Below, piece after piece: positions 1-8,710 of a stretch of 16,501 nucleotides of DNA (position 1 is its first letter; every line of letters starts with the position of its first letter). Source of the DNA: Octopus sinensis. Taxonomy: Eukaryota. The translations under genes were made by a program, and so were the position numbers. The stretch spans positions 1-16,501 of the forward strand of contig NW_021825154.1 of NCBI RefSeq assembly GCF_006345805.1, read 5' to 3'. A model generated the notes under the pieces. It was not told where the DNA came from and ran no database searches. It was given only the letters and a program-made list of their open reading frames with translations.

Positions 1-100
1 ATATATATATATATTATCGTATATATATATATATATATAATATATATATGTGTGGTGTGTGTATATACATACAAATATGTATATATATAATTATATATAC
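1..100. repeat. (TA)n/(TG)n microsatellite
   Basis: Imperfect TA repeats with TG interruptions. Confidence 0.9.
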
Positions 101-152
101 AATACTACACGGATACAATACTAGTATATATACAAAACTAGTACACGGATAC
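92..152. repeat. Short imperfect tandem duplication
   Basis: tatatacaa(t/a)acta..cacggatac occurs twice, with a partial acaatactagt between. Confidence 0.55.
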
Positions 153-326
153 CAATGCCTAATCTTTAAAACGTTTTTATTCAGAAAAAAAGATAAAAAG
201 CTTTGAAATTTAAAACTATAAATTAAATATACATTTTGTTCAACTTCACTTAGTTTTAACCTCGAACAGATTCTCCCTTAATGGTAGATCACTCCCAGAA
301 GTAAACCATATGTTCCCTAAACTGAT

Positions 327-380
327 ATCATTATATTATATTATATCGTATTATATCATATTATATTATAATATAATTAT
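327..380. repeat. (ATATT)n imperfect pentanucleotide repeat
   Basis: atcattatattatattatatcgtattatatcatattatattata. Confidence 0.75.
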
Positions 381-388
381 ATGCGGTG

Positions 389-830
389 ATATGCGGTGAT
401 ATACATCTGGAAAATCCTGGAGGGTCTTGTCCCAAACTTTGGCATTCAAAGTTACCCCAACCGCAGAACAGGGCGCTGCTGCATGGTGCCAAGGATTCCA
501 ACATCACCATCAAAATACAGGTCCATATACTGCAACAGCTTGAGTTTCAGAGGACCACAGCTCTTTAACATCCTCCCTAAATGCCTGAGAGACTTACATG
601 GTGTGGATGTGGGTTTCTTCAAAACTAAACTTGATCTCTTCTTGTCGGGAGTCCCAGATGAACCCACCTCACGACAGGAGACGCGGATGCGAGCAGCAGC
701 ATCGAACTCCCTTGTTGATCAAGTGCCACGTATCAGAGGTGGATTCACAAATTAGTGTAGCTCATTCAGCGGTGGTGCCCCAGCATGGCCGCGGCCTTCG
801 GACTAAAACACTTTTTTTTTTTTTTAAGGA
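389..830 (+). mobile_element. 5'-truncated CR1/L2-group LINE 3' end with 3' UTR
   Basis: Frame reads YAVIYIWKILEGLVPN...GPQLFNILPKCLR...FKTKLDLFLSGVPDEP...SNSL, matching the post-RT C-terminus of CR1-group ORF2. Stop at 753-755, then a short GC-rich UTR and T-rich tail. Confidence 0.8.
396..755 (+). pseudogene. LINE ORF2 C-terminal fragment (119 aa, uninterrupted)
   Basis: ORF track 396..755; no RT or endonuclease domain present; true start lost by truncation. Confidence 0.75.
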
Positions 831-1058
831 TTTATATGATATGTGTGTGCATGTGCATACTTGTGATTGTCAGTGTGTCACAGACGTTGTTTGTGTTTAA
901 ATGTTTCTGGGAATATAGACATAACTAAAAGCGACATTTTGAATGCAATCTATTCTTAGCATAAACTGATAGAAACAGAAACATGCAATTAGATTCATAG
1001 ATCGAGAATATAGACTTGTCCCTTGTATCTTCTTTTTAATCGCTCTAAATATAAATAT

Positions 1059-1408
1059 CTATATGTATGTGTGTGTGTGTATGTATATATATATATATAT
1101 ACATACATATATATATATATGTGTATATATATATGTATATGTTTGCAGGTGTATATGTATATATAGATATGCAAACATATGCACACACGTACTAATACGC
1201 ATAACATATGTACACGTAATTTTATGTTCGTTTATATATATTTCTACGTGTAAACATATATGTATGTATATATATATATATATATGCATACATACATACA
1301 TATATATATATCAGTGATACTGATGAGCCAAAAAACACACACAAACATGCACAGACAGACATACTCACATATGTGTGTGCTTGTATATATATATATATAC
1401 ATATATAC
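1059..1408. repeat. Compound (TA)n/(TG)n/(CA)n microsatellite region
   Basis: Direct reading; accounts for the YI/CV-rich ORFs. Confidence 0.9.
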
Positions 1409-1829
1409 ACTTTACAATTGCTAAACAAATCGTAAACAGCTGTTGAGGCAATTAGCTTTATGGCCTGTCTCTTATATTCGTCAAATAACGACTCTCTATT
1501 ATATAAAAAGCAATCTGTGTATCCTCGCTGTATACTTATATTAACAAAAAAAACTATATCGAAACATTGATATAATATACACGTAAATTGTTTGTTATAG
1601 ATAACCGTACCAATTGATAAAGTATATGGAAAACGTGGGCAGAATATATACGAAGTTTCATGTACTTCAATGTACTTTTAAATCGTATCGGTATTATACT
1701 GGTAACTACATGATGCAAATTATTTAGAAAGTGGTGTGTTTTTATGGTTGCTTCTCATTGTTAAATGTAATCATAATTTAGAAGGATAGTGCTACGAATT
1801 ATGTTCATGACATTATTTGGCTGTTACTC

Positions 1830-2046
1830 AAGGGTAGTGACATGGCAGATGGTATAGAATATCGGGAAAATTGCGTTATGGTATTTGTTCAGGCTCTTTA
1901 TGTTTTGTGGCCAAACAGCGAAGATATTAACTCTACCGTTCATTCCACGGGGATTGGTAAAACATGTAGCAGCTAAATGCTGGGTTGAATGCTGATGTAT
2001 TCGATTTTTCACTACTGTAACATTGCTATTCTTGTGCCAAAATTAG
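1830..2046 (+). mobile_element. Old, diverged SINE family A copy
   Basis: Degenerate head (aagggtagtgacatggcagat vs aaggcggcgagctggcagaa), cattccacggggattggtaaaa core, ttcttgtgccaaaatt tail. Confidence 0.6.
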
Positions 2047-2068
2047 GTGGAATTATTCTGCTTGCTCC

Positions 2069-2640
2069 AAGGCGGCGAGCAGGCAGAATCGTTAGCACGT
2101 CGGGCGAAATGCGTAGCCGTATTTCGTCTGCCGCTACGTTCTGAGTTCAAATTCCGCCGAGGTCTACTTTGCCTTTCATTCTTTCGGGGTCGATAAATTA
2201 AGTACCAGTTATGCACTGTGGTCGATATAATCGACTTAATCCGTTTGTCTGTTCTTGTTTGTCCTCTCCGTGTTTAGCCCCTTGTGGGTAGTAAAGAAAT
2301 AAGTATTTCGTTTGCCGTTACGTTCTGAGTTCAAATTCCGCCGAAGTCGACTTTCGGTGGTCGATAAATTCAGTACCAGTTACGCACAGGGGTCAATGTA
2401 ATCGACTTAATACCTTTGTCTGTCATTGTTTGTCTCCTCTATGTTTAGCCCCTTGTGGGTAATAACGAAGTAGGTATTTCGTCTGCCGCTACGTTCTGAG
2501 TTCAGATTCCGCCGACGTCGACTTTGCTTTTCATCCTTTCGGGGTCGATAAATTTAGTACCAGTTACGTACTGGGGTCGATCTAATCGACTGGACCCCTC
2601 CGCCAAAATTTCTGTTGTTCTGCCTAGAGAAGCAAAGAAA
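2069..2640 (+). mobile_element. SINE family A tandem trimer (one tRNA-like head, three body units, terminal tail)
   Basis: Head 2069-2118 with A-box-like ggcagaatcg; units start gtatttcg at 2119, 2303 and 2474, each with B-box-like gttca(a/g)attcc; different tail cccctccgccaaaatt... after 2593. Confidence 0.9.
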
Positions 2641-2730
2641 AGAACCGTTAGTACACCGGGCAAAATATATATCCGTAAGTTGATGAACAAACCAAATTTG
2701 TTTCTCCATTTTCTTATTTGTATTATATAC

Positions 2731-2740
2731 ATCTATATAT

Positions 2741-2812
<72 letters not shown>

Positions 2813-2824
2813 GATAGAGAGATA

Positions 2825-2891
<67 letters not shown>

Positions 2892-2911
2892 TGTATACCT
2901 ATATATATATA
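2731..2911. repeat. Compound microsatellite (TA)n-(GA)n-(GATA)n
   Basis: Direct reading. Confidence 0.95.
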
Positions 2912-3200
2912 CGAATTAATTGATGAACATTTTAATCCCCACAAGAATTTAGACCAAATTTCGTTAATCAGTTAATGAAATATCATCGTACGCTTTGCGT
3001 GTGTGGCCTAGGCAAAAATTTCTCAACCCATCCTCACCGTATTTTCTATCTGTGTATAAAATGTCAAGAAAATCAGTTGAAAGGTTTAAAGTTTATGGCA
3101 GAAAATTACACTTATATGACAATTTGCATTGAAATCTCCTATTGATTTTTGAAAAATCAATGCTGTTTAAAAATTAACGTTTTTTTTTTCTATATTCCAG

Positions 3201-3255
3201 GTTCGTAAGTGACCGCATGGTCATAATCCCCCCACACGGGTCAAGGGTCATCAAG
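3201..3255 (+). CDS. Candidate internal exon (g+FVSDRMVIIPPHGSRVIK), host gene unknown
   Basis: ttaac branch-like motif 3174-3178, long T tract + ctatattccag acceptor, donor AAG|gtttgt, one open frame; no homology recognised. Confidence 0.25.
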
Positions 3256-3359
3256 GTTTGTTGGATAGTCTCGGAGAAGTGAAAATAACAAATTCACAAT
3301 TCACACACACACGTACAGAGCCACAAACATACAGGAATTGCCATTTATGTATATAGATA

Positions 3360-3522
3360 TACGAGCGGTTTCTTCTTAGATACCATTAACCAAATTCATT
3401 CTGAATAATTTGGTTGGCCCGAGCAATTCTAGAAGATAGTTGTCCAACGTACTACGTCACGGGACTGAAACAAAAGCCATGTGATTGCAAATCGACCTTC
3501 AAAACCATACACTCATACCTGT
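3360..3522 (-). mobile_element. Old SINE family B 5' half (tRNA head + CORE-like part)
   Basis: Aligns by eye to 7338-7501 (tttggttggcccga, agaagatagttgtccaa, gggactgaa, catgtgattg). Confidence 0.65.
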
Positions 3523-4249
3523 ACTTATTTTAATATATTTATCGTAATAAATATACAGAACTTGTTCAGTCACAACACCTTCGCTTTTTTTAAAGGGATC
3601 ACGTTTTGAATGAACTCCAGTAATACACCCAGACTGTGCCTGGACTTGGAGTTGAACTGGGGTCAATTTAATAAATTACAGAAGCAATAAGCTAAGTGAA
3701 AGTAATTAGAAGTTTTAGCTTCTAAAGACGTTCCTATGTGTTAAAATAATTCGTTTACTTTTATGTATTAACTCACCAACGTTGATAAATTTGGTATAGA
3801 AGCTTATATATAAAAGAATCAATTAAGTCGAATACATATACCTTCCTCTAAAAGGAATTTTGTGTTATGTCTTGTGAAAGGAATCAATATTTGTTCCGAA
3901 GAAAGCAGTGATGTATATGAGGATGATATTAAAGTACCTCAGACTCCCGATTCAAATTTAGGTGAAAGGATATGTGGAGAATAGCTGTCTTTTATTCATG
4001 TTTCATGTATTAACCGTGATCTATTGCGCTTCTCCTTCAAAGTCAGGCAAATAAAAGTAATCACCAATTAAATTACTATAATTGCACATGAAAGCAACTA
4101 AAATCTCTCTTGGGTATAATGTTTGATCAAATCTTTTTACTTACAAGATGTAAGTAAAATCAAATCAGCTTCGCAGTTAATGCTTCGGAGACAACCGCGA
4201 AAGTCCATTGTGAATTCTTCTCTCTCCTTTTTTTACGAGTATTTTGTCT

Positions 4250-4480
4250 TTTACCCTTTAATTGGTTCAATCATTTGACTGCGGCCATGCCGGAGAACCG
4301 CCTTGAAGGGATTTTAGTCGAATAAATTGATTCAAGAACTTATTTTTTAAGCCTAGAAACTATTTTATCATTATTTTTTTAATTTTTGGTGGGTGTAACG
4401 AGGACATGACTACACTGGTTGTTAAGTGGTGATGGAGGGAAAAACACAGAAACACACACATACATACACACACACATGCA
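4250..4480 (-). mobile_element. SINE family B 3' half ending in its internal (CA)n tract
   Basis: tcatttgactgcggccatgccggagaaccgcctt tail, then the middle domain and aacacagaaacacacac, as in 7095-7310. Confidence 0.8.
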
Positions 4481-4484
4481 TATA

Positions 4485-4685
4485 TAGTTGAAATTTATAG
4501 AAAAACCAAAGACAAAGACAAGTGTATGAACAAGAAACCAGTGTTTTAGCTTGACGCACGGGGAAAACGAAAAAGTCTTTTACGTTTCGAGCCTGCGCTC
4601 TTCAACAGAAATGAATAAGAGAAAATAAACAGAGAGTGTGAAATAAAAACTTGTAGATTTCAGCGGTCCAGCATGAAATCTCCAC
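4485..4685 (-). mobile_element. Short Penelope-associated non-autonomous element with hammerhead-like motif
   Basis: Minus strand carries the motif at 4578-4611 and ends ...aactatata at a microsatellite; architecture shared with 11829-12055. Confidence 0.55.
4578..4611 (-). ncRNA. Degenerate minimal type I hammerhead motif
   Basis: UUU-CUGUUGA-A-GAGC(GCAG)GCUC-GAA-ACGU-A-AAA; A6 replaced by U. Confidence 0.5.
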
Positions 4686-4717
4686 ATATGTATGTGTATA
4701 CATATATATACATACAC

Positions 4718-4748
<31 letters not shown>

Positions 4749-4764
4749 TACATATATATATATA
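4686..4764. repeat. (TA)n/(CA)n microsatellite
   Basis: Direct reading. Confidence 0.95.
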
Positions 4765-4853
4765 AATAATGAAAAGTCTTGAATGGTACAACAATGCACT
4801 ATAATACAGACGTTGGGCTATATACCTGTTGTGCTTTAGTCATCCATAGTCTG

Positions 4854-4890
4854 ATATGATATTTCGGAATAATATACCTTCTTCAGATAT
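4854..4890 (-). ncRNA. Minimal type I hammerhead motif (left arm)
   Basis: AUAU-CUGAAGA-A-GGUAU(AUU)AUUCC-GAA-AUAU-C-AUAU; AUC triplet; one U-U mismatch in stem II. Confidence 0.65.
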
Positions 4891-4910
4891 AGCAGCGACT
4901 CCATCTAAGA

Positions 4911-4947
4911 ATATCTGAAGAAGGAATATTATTCCGAAATGTCATAT
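4911..4947 (+). ncRNA. Minimal type I hammerhead motif (right arm), intact core
   Basis: AUAU-CUGAAGA-A-GGAAU(AUU)AUUCC-GAA-AUGU-C-AUAU; GUC triplet, predicted cut after 4943. Confidence 0.75.
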
Positions 4948-5079
4948 CAGACTATGAATGACTAAATTACAACAGGCATATAGCGCATTGTTTGTATTGT
5001 AGTGCATTGTTGTACCATTCAAAACTTTTTTATTCTTTGCAAACAATACACAATGCTTCAAGCGAACTACAATACTCTC

Positions 5080-5080
<1 letters not shown>

Positions 5081-5126
<46 letters not shown>
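5081..5126. repeat. Perfect (TA)n
   Basis: Direct reading. Confidence 0.97.
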
Positions 5127-5127
<1 letters not shown>

Positions 5128-5290
5128 GACGGGCTTCTTTTAGTTTCCGTCTACCAAATCCACTCACAAGGATTTGGTCAGTCCGAGATTATAATATCAG
5201 ATTCTTGCCCAAGGTGTCATGCTGTAGGATTGAACCCGGAACCATGTCGTTGGGAAGCCAGGATCTTACTAGACAGCCACGCCTGCGCCC
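5127..5290 (-). mobile_element. SINE family B 5' half (tRNA head + CORE-like part)
   Basis: About 82% identical by hand count to 7338-7501; minus strand has B-box-like ggttcaatcc and ccttgggcaag. Confidence 0.9.
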
Positions 5291-5310
5291 ATGAGCCTAT
5301 GCACCTATTT

Positions 5311-5703
5311 TTATCTTTTACTTGTTTCACTGCTTGGATTCTGGCCACGCAGAAGCACCACCCTGATGCATTTTGTCGAACGAATCGACACCAGTTGCTA
5401 TCTTGTTTACGTCTAGTGATGATTCTATCACTGACTCCTGCAAAACCGCTAAGTTACCAGTATCTGATCAAAACAACACCGGTCGTCAAACGGTGGATTA
5501 GGTAACAAACACACATACACTCACACAAACACACATACACATACAAGGAGCTTCCGCACAGTTTTGGCTCACCGTATTCTCTCGCAAGGCGTTGGTCGGT
5601 CAGGAGCTATAGTAGAAGACATTTGTCCAAAATGCTGCACAGGCGGACTAACCCGACACCATATGATTACAAAGTGAACTTCTTAACTTCAAAACCGTGT
5701 CTG
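5311..5703 (-). mobile_element. Old full-length SINE family B copy
   Basis: Tail cttttacttgtttca, middle aaccgctaagttac, internal (CA)n, then gctatagtagaagacatttgtccaa and a decayed head. Confidence 0.8.
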
Positions 5704-5793
5704 TTTCATATGCAGAAAAAAATCGATATTATAAAGAATTTGGTAGTGTAGTCGTAGTTCACTACAAAATCAATCATTTTAATTAATTGGTCT

Positions 5794-5998
5794 TAGGCAG
5801 CAATCTAGCAGAATTGTGAGAGCGTAGGGTGAAACGCTATGCAGTATTTCTTCTGATTATTTATGTGCTGTGTTCAAATCCCGAGGAGGCTAACTTCACC
5901 TTTCATCCATTAAGCGTCGATAAAATAAATGGCTAGTGAAGTCCTCGGGTGAATGGTGACAACTAAGATTACCCCCGTCAAACGGCTGGCATCTTCTA
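5794..5998 (+). mobile_element. Old SINE family A copy
   Basis: aggcagcaatctagcagaat head, gtatttcttctg, gttcaaatcc, cctttcatcc...gtcgataaaataa core, cccccgtcaaacggctggc tail. Confidence 0.75.
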
Positions 5999-6288
5999 CT
6001 TCTTCCAATCAGGACTCACGCTATTGGCCACAAAGAATAATCTCTAATTCGAGCCTACTCTCAGCTACTAAGAGTGCGTGTGGCAACTTGAAGATCCACT
6101 CACCACACGCGATTGACTGGCGGTTGCACGGGCGCAAAAGCTACGTTGTTATCCCCATTCCGTAAACGGCGGCGTTTAACGGGTGGAGAGCTGAACCATC
6201 CTGATGTACAGAGGATTCGCAATCTAGACTAGGGTCTGAAAGTTTACCACATCACAGTGGGTTACAAAATGGTTCCTCTGCTTTGTGG

Positions 6289-6483
6289 CAGAAGTAGGAA
6301 GAAAGAGTGAGAGAAATTGTAGTGAAAGAGTACAGCGGGGTCCACCACCACCTTCCGCCGGAGCCTCGTGAAGCTTAGGTGTTTTTGCTCAATAAACATT
6401 CACAATGCCCGTTCTCGGAATCGAAACCGCATTCTTACGACCGCGAGTCCGCTGCCCTAACCACTGGGCCATTGCGCCTCCAC
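6289..6483 (-). mobile_element. tRNA-derived SINE family C, probably lacking its 3' part
   Basis: Minus strand gtggaggcgcaatggcccagtggttagggcagcggactc... with A box (6456-6471) and B box gtttcgattcc (6417-6428), followed by a non-tRNA body. Confidence 0.8.
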
Positions 6484-6530
6484 ACTGCTGGCGTTGTCCC
6501 TAAATTAGAAACGATTCTTATTAGACAGAT

Positions 6531-6725
6531 GTAGTGCATTGGCAGAATCAGTAGATTGTCGGCCGAAATGCTTTGCAGAATTTGTTACGAATCCTTACGC
6601 TCTGAGATCAAATCGCGCCGTAGTTAAATTTACATGTCATCCTTTAGGGGGTGAATAAAATAAAGTATGTATGAAAAACTATGGTTGATGTTTTCGACTA
6701 CTACACTAACCTCAAAATTATTGAT
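6531..6725 (+). mobile_element. Old SINE family A copy
   Basis: ttggcagaatcagtag...gccgaaatgc, ctctgagatcaaatc, catcctttagggg, tcgact, cctcaaaatt. Confidence 0.7.
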
Positions 6726-6750
6726 CACAATTATTAATCAAAATCACCTA

Positions 6751-6968
6751 AGTTGGTGAGCTTCATGAAGCGTTACCGCGTCGAACAAATTGCTTTACGG
6801 TATTTCTTTGGCCCGTTGCCTACTGAGCTCAAATTCCAACAAGGTCAGCTGTACTCACCATCATTGTGGGATCGATAAAATAAAATACCATCTAAGCACT
6901 AGGTCGATGTACATGAGTAGCATCTTCCACTCAAAACTGCCGGCGTTCTGCCTAAATAAGACAATTAT
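6751..6968 (+). mobile_element. Old SINE family A copy
   Basis: ggtgagct head, cggtatttc, ctgagctcaaattcc, gatcgataaaataaaatacca, gcactaggtcgatgta, ctcaaaactgccggc tail. Confidence 0.75.
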
Positions 6969-7094
6969 TTTCAGTCTCATTATCAATATTCTGCGTTCGA
7001 ATCGTATGAAAGTTTGACTCTCATTAAAACAAGAATAAATAAATAATAACTTTTAGCAATAAATACAATAATTTCCATATTATGCTAGAATATG

Positions 7095-7501
7095 TTACTC
7101 TTTTACTTGTTTCAGTCATTTAACTGCGGTCAAGCTGGAGCACCGCCTTTAATCAAGCAACTCGACCCCCGGGACTTATACTTTTGTAAGCCCAGTACTT
7201 ATTCTATCGGTCTCTTTTACCGAACCGCTAAGTAACGAGGACATAAACACACCATCACCGGTTGTCAAGCAATGCTAGGGGGACAAACACAGACACACAA
7301 ACACACACACATACATATATACATATATACATATATACGACGGGCTTCTTTCAGTTTCCGTCTACCAAATCCACTCACAAGGCTTTGGTCGGCCCGAGGC
7401 TATAGTAGAAGACACTTGTCCAAGGTGCCACGCAGTGGGACTGAACCCGGAACCATGTGGCTGGTAAACGAGCTACTTACCACACAGCCACTCCTGCGCC
7501 T
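7095..7501 (-). mobile_element. Full-length SINE family B (CORE-SINE-like, resembles octopus OR2 type)
   Basis: Minus strand: tRNA-like head (tggctgtgtggtaag, ggttcagtcc), ggcaccttggacaagtgtcttc similar to the CORE/MIR ccttgggcaagt motif, internal TA/TG tract, second domain, tail ending gactgaaacaagtaaaag. The OR2 label is from recall and unverified. Confidence 0.85.
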
Positions 7502-7938
7502 AAGTACATTTGTATGCTTTTGTTTTCTGGTTTTGATTTAGAGAAGGTTTTGAGCGGCTACTTGCTTCGTGGCAAAGTTGGCAAGAAAAGAACGTAGTTG
7601 TATTCATTTATTTAAAACCCAAAGGAATTGCATTCACTTTCCAAGAACCATTTTGTTGCTCCAATAGCAATAAATTCGAAACTCAACGTCTATATTAGGT
7701 ACTGGATTTGCAAACTCCTTATCAAAGGTCTGTAGATGTTCTCTTTGTCCTATATTTTCCTGATGACATTGGTGTAAAGAGGGCTACTGATTTCCGGAAA
7801 GGACCGGTTTTTCTTGTTCCTCATAATATCTGAATAGCCGTCCACTTGTGTTTCAACTTAATTACCATTTTCATTTTTCATTTTTAAGATCCATCACAAC
7901 ATAATCAAGTAATTCTTTTAACCCATCAACTTTTGATA

Positions 7939-8104
<166 letters not shown>

Positions 8105-8211
8105 ACTCTGGCTCTCTGTCTATATATCTATATATCAATATACATAAATACGTATATTTACAAAAATTTCGTCATAATCCCTCTTCATATTGAAATTTAG
8201 CAGAAGCATAC

Positions 8212-8337
8212 TGGCTTTGAAGAGAATAGCACAGCCCATAATTCCTCTTTTTTCCTGTAGCATTTTAGTCGATGGAATGCATTTTGTAATGTGCAGCATT
8301 TGGGTTGCGTCAGGCTATTCGAAACACATGTAAGCTG
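8212..8337 (+). ncRNA. Type I hammerhead-like motif with 83-nt insert in stem II
   Basis: UGGCU-UUGAAGA-GAAUAGC[83 nt]GCUAUUC-GAA-ACACAUGU-A-AGCUG; all three stems pair; C3 is U. Confidence 0.6.
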
Positions 8338-8474
8338 AATAAATAGTTGATAATGCGTCTTCATTCTAAATGTTTTTTCTATATATAATTATGCGTAGAC
8401 ATATGTGTACAGGTACAAACACACACACACATACATTTATGTCTGTGGTCTCTGTGTATATAGGATATCCATAC

Positions 8475-8710
8475 CTATTTCTTTACTATCCACAGGGGGC
8501 TAAATGCAGAGAGGACAAACAAGGACAGACAAACGGATTAAGTCGATTATATCGACCCCAGTGTGTAACTGATACTTAATTTATCGACCCCGAAAGGGAT
8601 GAAAGGCAAAGTCGAACCCGGCGGAATTTGAACTCAGAACGTAACGGCAGACGAAATACGGTTACGCATTTCGCCCGGCGTGCTAACGTTTCTGCCGGCT
8701 CGGTGCCTTC
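8475..8710 (-). mobile_element. Young SINE family A monomer with target-site duplication
   Basis: High identity to 2069-2302; taggatatccatac repeated at 8461-8474 and 8715-8728. Confidence 0.92.

Larger units (their letters stand above)
4772..5029. repeat. Long inverted repeat: 119-bp arms, 20-bp spacer
   Basis: 4772-4890 is the reverse complement of 4911-5029 with 12 mismatches and no indels by hand count. Confidence 0.95.

Noticed and set aside
1320-1345. ctgatgag hammerhead-like start
   Set aside because: No stem II or GAAA follows; runs into a CA repeat
2119-2593. Regular repeats that might suggest a CRISPR array
   Set aside because: Units are contiguous SINE bodies with no unique spacers, in a eukaryotic context
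3814-3984. 56-codon acidic open frame (GINICSEESSDVYEDDIKVPQTPDSN)
   Set aside because: No start, mediocre splice signals, no recognisable family
5002-5505. 167-aa ORF and similar ORFs at 2502-2732, 7272-7541 and 9898-10137
   Set aside because: Chance read-through across SINEs, microsatellite or the antisense strand of a LINE remnant
6410-6483. tRNA-like sequence with A and B boxes
   Set aside because: No complete cloverleaf, and it continues into a SINE body; not a tRNA gene
7615-7765. Minus-strand frame ENIGQREHLQTFDKEFANPVPNIDVEFRIYCYWS with possible splice sites
   Set aside because: Length within chance expectation, no homology recognised
7760-7805. ctgatga...ggaaa
   Set aside because: No pairing for stems II or III
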